Of a stretch of DNA of 64,000 nt, positions 1 to 7,924 are shown piece by piece. Origin of the DNA: Gammaproteobacteria bacterium. Its GTDB lineage: Bacteria; Pseudomonadota; Gammaproteobacteria; Ga0077536. The notes below the pieces were generated by a model, which saw nothing but the letters and a program-made list of their open reading frames with translations, was not told the DNA's origin and searched no databases. Made by a program: the position numbers and the translations under genes. Within the stretch, counting starts at the first letter, position 1, and every line of letters starts with the position of its first letter. The DNA is taken from positions 264,941 through 328,940 of the forward strand of contig JBHIYN010000005.1 in the NCBI GenBank assembly GCA_041984235.1, given 5' to 3'.

Positions 1-1499
1 CGCCGCGCGAGCTGCGCCTGCCGTTCGAGCTTGTGGCGCTCCGCCTTGAGTCGCAGCGCCGCCTCCTGCTCGGCCTTGCGCCGTGCCGCGTCGAGCTCCG
101 CCTGGGCGCGCTCGCGCTCCGCTGCAACGCGCTCCTCGGCTTCGCGGTGCGCGGCCTCGCGCGCCTCCTCCACCGCGCGCTCGAGCTCCGCGGCGCGCTC
201 GGCGGCGGCCCGTGCCTGCGCCTCGTCATCGGCCGCCGCGGCACTGGCCCGTTCGCTGCGCGCGGCCAGCTCGAGGTCACTGACCTCGACCTCCACGCTG
301 AGAGCGGCGGCAGCGACCACGGCATCGGGCTCGCACTCGCTGTCGCTGCGGTGCGAGGTGGGAACCGGTGCCACGGCCGGCGCTGCCGGTTCGCTGCTCT
401 CGTCGTCGTGCAGGGTGAGATCGACTGACGAGGTGGCGGCGTCCGGCGCGGGCCCGTAGGCTTGGAGGCCACCTTCGAGGAAGTGCACGTCGAAGCCGCG
501 CTCGGCGAGCAGGAAGGCCGCGATCGCGCTGCGCCGCCCGTTGTCACAGTAGACGATGTAGGTGCGGTCGGCGGCCAGGCGGCCGCTGTGCATGCGCAGG
601 GTATTCAGCGGGTGATTGATGCTGTCCGGCAGCGCGCCGGCCGCGTGCTCTTCCGGAAAGCGCACGTCCAGCCACTGCGCGCCACGCGCGGCGGCGACGT
701 CGCGCGCCTCGTCCAGCGTGATGGCGCTGAGCAGCGGCTTCTTGATCAGGTCGACGAAGTGCGCCTTCTCCAGGCGCACCAGCTCGCCGTCGGTGATCAT
801 CTGCACCGAGGCGTTACGCCGCGCGTCGCCGACCAGCGCCTCCTCGCCGAAGGCGTCACCCGGTCCGATCAGCGCGAGGCGGTAGCCCGGGGCGCCAGGC
901 GCTGCCGCGCGGGTGATCTCGGCGCGGCCATTGACGATCACGTAGTAGTAATCGCCGGCGTCGTCCTGGCGCACGATGACGTCGCCGGCGGCGACGGCAA
1001 CCGTCTCGAGCATGCTGAAGATGCGATGGATATTGGATGCCGGCAGGTTGGCGAACAGCTTCGACTGCAGCATCCGCGTCATCCAGTCATCGTTGGCCTC
1101 GGTCTCGATTTCGGCCACTTCGAAGGCATCGCCTGCGTCGCCGATGTCGGCAGCGACCAGCTTCTCGAGCAGGCGCCGGTCGACCTTCAGGACCGCGACC
1201 TCGGACTCGGCGCGTGCCGACATCTTGCGCGGTTGCAGCTGCGCCAGCGGGTGCACGGCATCGGCGCCGCCGCCGCTCAGGCGGCGGATGGTCTGGCCAT
1301 CGCTGACCAGCTCCAGCGCGCCTTCGAGCAGGTAGAACGACCAGGGATCGCTGTCGCCCTCGCGGAACACGAAGGCGTCGGGCGGAAAACGCAGGATCTC
1401 GGCCGCGTTGAGGATCTGCGCCTGGCTGCCGGGCGAGAGTTGACGCAGCGGCATCAACTCGCTGACAAGTCCCTCATAATCGGGTTCCACTGCCGCCAT
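1..1499 (-). CDS. Tandem cNMP-binding / rhodanese / coiled-coil protein, 3' end cut by window edge (paralog of 2126..4360)
   Basis: Absent from ORF track (no stop in window). The - strand from ATG 1499 reads MAAVEPDYEGLVSELMPLRQLSPGSQAQILNAAEILRFPP. Hand-translated segments VAVAAGDVIVRQDDAGDYYYVIVNGRAEITRAA (~900-1000) and LAADRTYIVYCDNGRRSA (~535-590) are collinear with the 2126..4360 product. Positions 1-460 read as E/A/R-rich coil in the same frame. The + ORF 462..1604 is its antisense shadow. Confidence 0.8.
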   Translation of the reverse strand, partial: MAAVEPDYEGLVSELMPLRQLSPGSQAQILNAAEILRFPPDAFVFREGDSDPWSFYLLEGALELVSDGQTIRRLSGGGADAVHPLAQLQPRKMSARAESEVAVLKVDRRLLEKLVAADIGDAGDAFEVAEIETEANDDWMTRMLQSKLFANLPASNIHRIFSMLETVAVAAGDVIVRQDDAGDYYYVIVNGRAEITRAAAPGAPGYRLALIGPGDAFGEEALVGDARRNASVQMITDGELVRLEKAHFVDLIKKPLLSAITLDEARDVAAARGAQWLDVRFPEEHAAGALPDSINHPLNTLRMHSGRLAADRTYIVYCDNGRRSAIAAFLLAERGFDVHFLEGGLQAYGPAPDAATSSVDLTLHDDESSEPAAPAVAPVPTSHRSDSECEPDAVVAAAALSVEVEVSDLELAARSERASAAAADDEAQARAAAERAAELERAVEEAREAAHREAEERVAAERERAQAELDAARRKAEQEAALRLKAERHKLERQAQLAR

Positions 1500-1641
1500 C
1501 ATTCTCTCGCATGGGTTCATAGCACTCCACAATTCTTGCTGCTGTGGTCGGGCTGCGGGATTCGCGCCCTGTCGAGGGCAGCGGCCGCTGCCGCGAATAT
1601 ATGAGTAAAGTCTTACCGCTGCATGAAGGCCCACGCGCAAG

Positions 1642-1657
1642 TGTGAAAGCGGTCACG
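1642..1657. promoter_or_regulatory. CRP/Clp-type box 1 (TGTGA-N6-TCACG)
   Basis: tgtgaAAGCGGtcacg is a 9/10 match to TGTGA-N6-TCACA. It lies in the 352-nt divergent intergenic region between the two cNMP-domain paralogs. Confidence 0.45.
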
Positions 1658-1683
1658 GTGAAATTTCCCGACGGCGGGAAAAC

Positions 1684-1699
1684 TGTGAACGGCTTCACC
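1684..1699. promoter_or_regulatory. CRP/Clp-type box 2 (TGTGA-N6-TCACC)
   Basis: tgtgaACGGCTtcacc is a 9/10 match to the CRP consensus. Its centre is 42 bp (four helical turns) from box 1. Confidence 0.45.
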
Positions 1700-1851
1700 G
1701 CGGAGCTGCCCGCATGACCGGACCATTCCAACCCTGCCCGACCGTCCGGCAAGGTCGGCTGCGCCCCCGCGGGGCCGCGCGGCACGGGCACCTGGCGAGT
1801 CGTGCCGGCGGTCCGCGCCCGGTGCGGTAGAGCGGACGGAAACGGCGTAGA

Positions 1852-2091
1852 ATGGCGCCTTTCTTCCAGCGAAAGTGGTTCGACGTGTCGGGTGACGAAA
1901 ACAAGTCGATTCAGCGCCGCATTCTCGAACTGCAGACCGAGCACCGCGATCTCGACGAGGTGGTGACCGCGCTCTCCAACGACCTCAACGTCGACCAGTT
2001 GCTGCTCAAACGCATGAAGAAGCGCAAGCTTCAGCTCAAGGACCAGATCTCGCGCCTGAAGAGCAAGCTGATCCCCGATCTCGACGCGTGA
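1852..2091 (+). CDS. DUF465 (YdcH-like) small coiled-coil protein
   Basis: 79 aa. ...LLLKRMKKRKLQLKDQISRLKSKL... matches the YdcH/DUF465 C-terminal signature as I recall it. It lies 34 nt upstream of, and co-directional with, 2126..4360. Confidence 0.7.
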   Translation: MAPFFQRKWFDVSGDENKSIQRRILELQTEHRDLDEVVTALSNDLNVDQLLLKRMKKRKLQLKDQISRLKSKLIPDLDA

Positions 2092-2125
2092 GCGCGCCGC
2101 AGGCAGGCCCAAGGAGGTTGGCCGC

Positions 2126-4360
2126 ATGAGCGACCCCGACGACATACTCGAATCACGCGTCGGCTACCTGGTTCCGCTGAACAAGCTGCCGGCAGAGCGC
2201 CTGGCGCGACTGCTAGCCCAGTCCGAGGTCCTCTCGCTGCGCAAGAAGGAGACCCTGTTCAAGCAGGGCGAGCGCGACGATTACACCTTCTACGTGCTCG
2301 AAGGCGACATCGAGATGTACGCCGACGACTCGCTGATCAAACGCGTCACCGGGGGCGATGGCGCCTCCTTCCAGCCGCTGGCCCAGCTCCAGCCGCGCCA
2401 GATGTCCGCGATCGCCAAGACCCGATCGCGCGTGCTGCGGCTCAACCGCGGCCTGCTCGACCAGCTGCTGAGCATGGACGCCGCGGCCGCCGAGCCGGCG
2501 ACCGGCGTCGAGGTCGAGGAAGTCGAGACCGAGCAGGCCGGCGACTGGCTGATGGCCCTGCTGCAGTCGGAGCTGTTCACACGCATTCCGCCCTCCAACA
2601 TCCAGGACCTGCTCGACACCCTCGAGAGCGTCTCGCTGGACGCCGGCGAAGACGTCGTGCGCCAGGGCGATCCCGGCGACTACTACTATGTCATCCAGAA
2701 CGGCCGCTGCGAGGTCGTGCGGCGCGGCGCGAGGCAACAGGAGATTCGGCTCGCCGAGCTCAGTACCGGCGACACCTTCGGCGAGGAAGCGCTGGTCTCC
2801 GGCGCCAGGCGCAACGCTACCGTGCGCATGCTGGAGGCCGGCGAGCTGGCACGGCTGACCAAGGAAGACTTCACCCGGTTGATCAAGGCGCCGCTGCTGG
2901 ACGCCGTCTCGATCGCTGAAGCCCGCAAGCAGGTCGAGGCGGGCGCCGTCTGGCTCGACGTGCGTTTCGCGGACGAGCATTCTCACAACGGCCTGCCGGA
3001 TAGTCTCAACATCCCGGTCGGCACGCTGCGCGGGCGCCTCGATGAGCTCGACCCGCAGACCAGCTACGTCGTCTACTGCGATACCGGTGGCCGCAGCTCG
3101 GCGGCAGCCTTCCTGCTCGCCGAACGCGGCCTCTCGGTGTGTTACGTCAAGGGCGGCGCGGTCGCCGAGCAGGTTCCGGAGAAGGCGCCGGCGGCCGAAA
3201 CACCGGCGGCCAGCGGCAACAGCGAGGTGCTCGAGGCCAATGCGCTCGCCTCCACCCTCGGCACGGATCTCGAGAAGGCACGCCTCACCATCGAGAAAGC
3301 GCAGGCGATGATGGCCGAGGCCGAGGCCATGAAGCGCGAATCGGAACGCATCGTCGCCGAGAAGCTCGCCAGCGAGCGCGCCCGGCTGGACGCCGAGACG
3401 CGCGCCCTGCAGGCGAAGCTGGAAGCGGCGGAGAAGCTGCGCAACCAGCTCACCGAGCGCCACCAGGCCGCCCAGGCCGAGGTCACGCGGCGCGAGCAGG
3501 AGGTCGATGAACGCGTCAGCAAGCTCGAGGACGAGGCGCGCCGCCGCCTCGAAGCCGAGGAGCGGCGCCTCGAAGCGTACTACCAGAAGCAGGCCGATCA
3601 GATCGAGTCGCTGCAGGCCGACCGCGAAGCCGAGCTGCGTGCCAGGCTGAGCAAGGAACTGGCCGCGGAGCGCAAGAAATTCGAGCAGGAATTCCTGCGC
3701 ACCACGCAGGAGCTCGAACAGGCGCAGGAAGAGCGGCGGCGCGCGCTCGCCGCCAAGGAAGCAGCGACCGCCGAGGCGCAGTCACTGATCGCCGAGTTCA
3801 AGCAGCAACAACAGGCCCTGCTCAACGAGCAGCGCGCCGCGTTCGACGCCGAGCGCAAACGCCTGACCGCGGAAGCAGCCCGTATCGAGAAGCTGCGCCA
3901 GGAAGCAAGCCAGGCGCGCGAAGCGGCGGAAGCCGCCAAGGCTGCCACCGAGCGCGAGCTGCGCGAGGCGCTGGCGCGCCAGTCCGCCGCGCCCGACGAG
4001 AAGGCCCCCGCAGCCGACATCAGCGCCATCGAACAGCGCGCGAGCGCGGCCGATCTCGAGCTGCAACAGGCGGTGGAAGCCGAGACCGCGGTGGTCAGCG
4101 CCGCGCGCGACAACGAAGACGAGCTCGAGCGGACTTACGACACCGCCAACGAGATCAACGCGCTGCTGCAGAAGGAGCTCGACGAGTGGATCGGCGAGCA
4201 GGACAAGCTGCAGGAATCGACCCTGCAGCAAGCGGTCCTGTCACGCCAGAAGGAGATGGTCGAGCGCATCCGCGAGCGCGCCGCCCAGGCGCGCAGCGAG
4301 ACCGAAGAGCGCAACCAGAGCCTGCTCGACGAGATTGCGTCCCAGCTGCGCGACGACTGA
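2126..4360 (+). CDS. Tandem cNMP-binding / rhodanese / long coiled-coil protein
   Basis: 744 aa. Two cNMP-binding-like segments (FKQGERDDYTFYVLEG; VVRQGDPGDYYYVIQNGRCEV...TGDTFGEEAL...RRNATVRM). Rhodanese module with CxxGxRS loop (VVYCDTGGRSS). Then ~380 aa of E/A/R/K/Q-rich coil. Confidence 0.9.
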   Translation: MSDPDDILESRVGYLVPLNKLPAERLARLLAQSEVLSLRKKETLFKQGERDDYTFYVLEGDIEMYADDSLIKRVTGGDGASFQPLAQLQPRQMSAIAKTRSRVLRLNRGLLDQLLSMDAAAAEPATGVEVEEVETEQAGDWLMALLQSELFTRIPPSNIQDLLDTLESVSLDAGEDVVRQGDPGDYYYVIQNGRCEVVRRGARQQEIRLAELSTGDTFGEEALVSGARRNATVRMLEAGELARLTKEDFTRLIKAPLLDAVSIAEARKQVEAGAVWLDVRFADEHSHNGLPDSLNIPVGTLRGRLDELDPQTSYVVYCDTGGRSSAAAFLLAERGLSVCYVKGGAVAEQVPEKAPAAETPAASGNSEVLEANALASTLGTDLEKARLTIEKAQAMMAEAEAMKRESERIVAEKLASERARLDAETRALQAKLEAAEKLRNQLTERHQAAQAEVTRREQEVDERVSKLEDEARRRLEAEERRLEAYYQKQADQIESLQADREAELRARLSKELAAERKKFEQEFLRTTQELEQAQEERRRALAAKEAATAEAQSLIAEFKQQQQALLNEQRAAFDAERKRLTAEAARIEKLRQEASQAREAAEAAKAATERELREALARQSAAPDEKAPAADISAIEQRASAADLELQQAVEAETAVVSAARDNEDELERTYDTANEINALLQKELDEWIGEQDKLQESTLQQAVLSRQKEMVERIRERAAQARSETEERNQSLLDEIASQLRDD

Positions 4361-4374
4361 ACGGACGCCCGCTT

Positions 4375-4830
4375 TCAGGCCGCGATGGTCGCGTCCTCCA
4401 TCTGGCTGAGCTGATCGGCGAAGAAGCGGCTGAGTACGCGCTCGGCGTCTGCATCGAGCCGCTCGAAGCGCAGTCCGAGCACGTAGCGCGGCTCACTGTC
4501 GACCATGGTCAGGTAGAGCAGGCGGCAGCGCGCGTGGAGAGTCGCGTCGCCGGCGTCCAGCGGCAGGTCCAGGGCCACCTCGACCAACGGCGGGCTGGCC
4601 GGGTCGATGCGGCCGCCACCGGGATGCGCGAGCGTCGCGCTCGCCACATCACTGCGCAGTTGCAGGCCGTCGGGTGACAGGTTGACGACCTGCATGCGGC
4701 AGCGCGTGTCACCCGCACAGTGCAACGCCGCCTGCAGGGCCAGGGGCACGCGCGGATAGCGGCGCTGCTCGTCGAGCTTCTCGACCAGTTGCCAGACCAG
4801 GCTGGCGCGTCCGGCGCTCTTGTCATTCAT
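4375..4830 (-). CDS. PilZ-domain c-di-GMP-binding protein
   Basis: Start chosen at internal ATG 4830 (MNDKSAG..., GAGGG upstream); the track ORF extends to 4983. Both PilZ motifs are present: RRYPR (RxxxR) and NLSPDG ((D/N)xSxxG). Confidence 0.8.
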   Translation of the reverse strand: MNDKSAGRASLVWQLVEKLDEQRRYPRVPLALQAALHCAGDTRCRMQVVNLSPDGLQLRSDVASATLAHPGGGRIDPASPPLVEVALDLPLDAGDATLHARCRLLYLTMVDSEPRYVLGLRFERLDADAERVLSRFFADQLSQMEDATIAA

Positions 4831-4910
4831 GGCGATACCCTCGCTTCGATTTCCGTTGCCGCGAAATCTAGGCGCAGGGCGCGCCAGGTGCCGGACCCCG
4901 GTCACACTTT

Positions 4911-4939
4911 GCGCGCCGCCGGCGTCACCGGCGGCGCGC
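4911..4939. other. Perfect 12-bp GC stem-loop between PilZ gene and Sel1 gene
   Basis: gcgcgccgccgg / cgtca / ccggcggcgcgc. There is no U-tract on either strand, so it is not called as an intrinsic terminator. Confidence 0.5.
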
Positions 4940-4979
4940 AAGCGGACGCCCGTCACCCCGTCGAGCTTTTTTACACTTG

Positions 4980-5840
4980 TCACATTTGTTCATCTTCGGC
5001 CCCGGCATCCACGGCGCCGGCGATGCGCGCGGTGAGACTGGCCAGACGCTGCCGGGCATGCGCGAGAGCGCCTTCGTCGAGGCGTTGCTCGACCATGTTC
5101 GCATTGAGCTCGGCGACATCCAGCCCGCCGCTCGCGGCGAGGCGGAACCAGGCCCAGGCCTCACGCAGATCGGGGGCCACGCCGGTGCCGTTGAGGTAGG
5201 CCATGCCGAGTGCGTTCTGTGCCTCGGCCAGGCCACCGTCGGCCGCACGCTGCCACAGCGCAATGGCATCGGTGGTGCTGCGCGGCATGCCCAGGCCGCG
5301 CCAGGCGAGGATGCCGAGGTTGAACTGCGACTCGGCATCGCCGAGCTCGGCGCCGCGCTGCCACCAGGTACGCGCGGCCTCGAAATCACGCGCCACCGCG
5401 CGTCCGCGGAAATACTGCAGCCCGAGCTGGTGCGCGGCGCGACCGTCACCGCGCTGCGCGGCGCGCATCAGCCAGTCGCGCGCGCGCGCCGGATCGGCGG
5501 CGACCCCGCTGCCGCGCTGGTAGGCAAGCGCGAGATTGACCTGTGCCTTGGTGTAGCCCTGCTCGGCGGCGCGCGTGTACCACGCTACCGCGCGTTCGGC
5601 GTCGGCGATCACGCCCCAGCCGCGCGCGTAGGCAAGACCCAGGTAGAACTGGGCGGCCGCGTTGCCGGCCTCCGCCGGCGCGCGCAGCTCGGCCACGCCG
5701 CGGCCGTGATCGCCGGCGACGAAAGCCGCGATGGCGGCGTCGACGTCAGACTCCCGCGCGCCCGCGGCCGGCCCCTGAAAGGCCGCAATCGAGGCCACCA
5801 GCAGCAGCACGCGGGCGGTTTGAACGCGGCACCCGGCCAT
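4980..5840 (-). CDS. Secreted Sel1-repeat (SLR) protein
   Basis: 286 aa with an N-terminal hydrophobic signal. Repeated ~36-aa units such as AQFYLGLAYARGWGV..D...AVAWYTRAAEQG typical of Sel1 repeats. Confidence 0.85.
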   Translation of the reverse strand: MAGCRVQTARVLLLVASIAAFQGPAAGARESDVDAAIAAFVAGDHGRGVAELRAPAEAGNAAAQFYLGLAYARGWGVIADAERAVAWYTRAAEQGYTKAQVNLALAYQRGSGVAADPARARDWLMRAAQRGDGRAAHQLGLQYFRGRAVARDFEAARTWWQRGAELGDAESQFNLGILAWRGLGMPRSTTDAIALWQRAADGGLAEAQNALGMAYLNGTGVAPDLREAWAWFRLAASGGLDVAELNANMVEQRLDEGALAHARQRLASLTARIAGAVDAGAEDEQM

Positions 5841-5880
5841 GCTTTACAATGCCTTTCGGAAATTTTCAGCTGTAATCATC

Positions 5881-6738
5881 ATGACCAACGAACGCTTCTC
5901 GGGCACCGACACCTACATCGTAACCGAAGACCTGATGATGGCCGTCAATGCCGCCATCACGCTGCAGCGGCCGCTGCTGGTCAAGGGCGAGCCGGGTACC
6001 GGCAAGACCATGCTGGCCGAGGAGGTTGCGCGCGCGCTCGACCGCCCGCTGATCCAGTGGCACATCAAGTCCACCACCAAGGCCGCGCAGGGCCTCTACG
6101 AGTACGACGCCGTCGCCCGCCTGCGCGACTCGCAGCTCGGCGACGAGAAGGTCCACGACATCTCCAACTACATCGTGCGCGGCAAGCTGTGGGAGGCGTT
6201 CGAGACCGACGTGCAGCCGGTGCTGCTGATCGACGAGATCGACAAGGCCGACATCGAGTTTCCGAACGATCTCCTGCAGGAGCTCGATCGCATGGAGTTC
6301 TTCGTCTACGAGACCAAGAAGACCGTCAGCGCACGGCACCGGCCGATCATCATCATCACTTCGAACAACGAAAAGGAGCTGCCCGACGCCTTCCTGCGGC
6401 GCTGCTTCTTCCACTACATCGCCTTTCCGGATCGCGAGACGATGGATTCGATCATTCGCGTGCACTACCCGGACATCAAGAAGCACCTGCTGGCCGAAGC
6501 GATGGAATGCTTCTTCGAGCTGCGCGACATCCCCGGCCTCAAGAAGCGCCCCTCCACCTCCGAGCTGCTCGACTGGATCAAGCTGCTGGTAGCCGAGGAC
6601 ATCCCGCCGGATGCCCTGCGCGAAAAGGACTCGCGCAAGGCCATCCCCAAGCTCTACGGCGCACTGCTGAAGAACGAGCAGGACATGCACCTGTTCGAGC
6701 GGCTGGTGTTCATGTCGAGACGGACCGGTGCTAACTGA
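5881..6738 (+). CDS. MoxR-type AAA+ ATPase (AAA_5 / CbbQ-NorQ-like)
   Basis: Walker A GEPGTGKT and Walker B LLIDEIDKA. Start set at ATG 5881 (MTNERF...); the track ORF begins at 5839. Confidence 0.85.
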   Translation: MTNERFSGTDTYIVTEDLMMAVNAAITLQRPLLVKGEPGTGKTMLAEEVARALDRPLIQWHIKSTTKAAQGLYEYDAVARLRDSQLGDEKVHDISNYIVRGKLWEAFETDVQPVLLIDEIDKADIEFPNDLLQELDRMEFFVYETKKTVSARHRPIIIITSNNEKELPDAFLRRCFFHYIAFPDRETMDSIIRVHYPDIKKHLLAEAMECFFELRDIPGLKKRPSTSELLDWIKLLVAEDIPPDALREKDSRKAIPKLYGALLKNEQDMHLFERLVFMSRRTGAN

Positions 6739-7912
6739 GCTCTTCTACAAGCTGCGCAAGGTTCAGATCCCGGTCTCGATTACCGAGTACCTGACCCTGA
6801 TGGCGGCGATGGAAGCGCGCGTTGCGGGCTTCAGCATCGACGACTTCTACTACCTGGCGCGCGCCGCGCTGGTCAAGGACGAGCGCTTCTTCGACCGCTT
6901 CGACCAGGTCTTCGGCGAGCACTTCCGCGGCCAGGAGGCGCTGTTCGACGAGATCCTCGGCGAGATCCCGATGGAGTGGCTGCAGGCCCAGAAGCAGCTC
7001 AACCTGACCGACGAGGAGAAGGCGCAGATCGAGGCCCTGGGCGGCTGGGACAAGCTGATGGAGACTCTGCGCCAGCGCCTCGAGGAGCAGAAGAAGGCGC
7101 ACCACGGCGGTAACAAGATGATCGGCACCGGCGGCACCTCGCCGTTCGGCGCCGAGGGATACAACCCGGAAGGCATACGCATCGGCCAGGAAGAAGGCCG
7201 CGAGGGTCGCGCGGTCAAGGTCTGGGACCGGCGCGAGTTCCGTAATCTCGACGACCAGGTCGAGCTCGGCACCCGTAACGTCAAGCTGGCGCTGCGCCAG
7301 CTGCGCCGCTTCGCGCGTGAGGGTGCACAGGAAGAGCTCGACCTCGACGACACCATCCGCTCGACCGCGCGCAACGCGGGCCTGCTCGACATCAAGATGG
7401 TCCCCGAGCGACACAATGCCATCAAGGTGCTGCTGTTCCTTGACGTCGGCGGCTCCATGGATCCTTACGTCAAGGTGTGCGAAGAGCTCTTCTCCGCGGC
7501 GCGCGCCGAGTTCAAGCACCTCGAGCACTACTACTTCCACAACTTCCTCTACGAGTCGGTCTGGCGTGACAACAACATGCGCGCCAACGTACGTATCCCG
7601 ACCAGCCAGGTGATGCACACCTACGGCGCCGATCACAAGATCGTGTTCGTCGGCGACGCCACCATGAGCCCTTACGAGATCATGGCCGTCGGCGGCAGCG
7701 TCGAGCACTGGAACGAGGAAGCCGGGGCCACCTGGATGGCGCGCCTGATGGCGATCTTCCCCTTCGCGGTCTGGCTCAATCCGCAGCCGGAAGAGTACTG
7801 GGGCCACATCCCGTCCATAGGCATGGTCAAGGAGCTGATGTCCGAGCGCATGTTCCCGTTGACCATCGATGGTCTGGAGCGGGCCATGAAGGCACTCAAG
7901 AAAGCGCACTGA
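6728..7912 (+). CDS. VWA-domain protein, CoxE-like partner of the MoxR ATPase
   Basis: GTG start overlaps the ATPase gene by 11 nt. MIDAS-like LLFLDVGGSMDPY. The N-terminal MLTELFYKLRK...EYLTL is typical of CoxE-like VWA proteins as I recall. Confidence 0.8.
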   Translation: MLTELFYKLRKVQIPVSITEYLTLMAAMEARVAGFSIDDFYYLARAALVKDERFFDRFDQVFGEHFRGQEALFDEILGEIPMEWLQAQKQLNLTDEEKAQIEALGGWDKLMETLRQRLEEQKKAHHGGNKMIGTGGTSPFGAEGYNPEGIRIGQEEGREGRAVKVWDRREFRNLDDQVELGTRNVKLALRQLRRFAREGAQEELDLDDTIRSTARNAGLLDIKMVPERHNAIKVLLFLDVGGSMDPYVKVCEELFSAARAEFKHLEHYYFHNFLYESVWRDNNMRANVRIPTSQVMHTYGADHKIVFVGDATMSPYEIMAVGGSVEHWNEEAGATWMARLMAIFPFAVWLNPQPEEYWGHIPSIGMVKELMSERMFPLTIDGLERAMKALKKAH

Positions 7913-7924
7913 CGGCAGCCCGCC

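Noticed and set aside
462-1604. 380-aa + strand ORF
   Set aside because: It is the antisense shadow of the real - strand gene 1..1499. Its sequence closely resembles the antisense ORF 2213..3463 of the paralog and has no meaningful motifs, as is typical of high-GC DNA.
2213-3463. 416-aa - strand ORF
   Set aside because: It is antisense to the well-supported 2126..4360 gene. It has an R/G/A/L-rich shadow composition.
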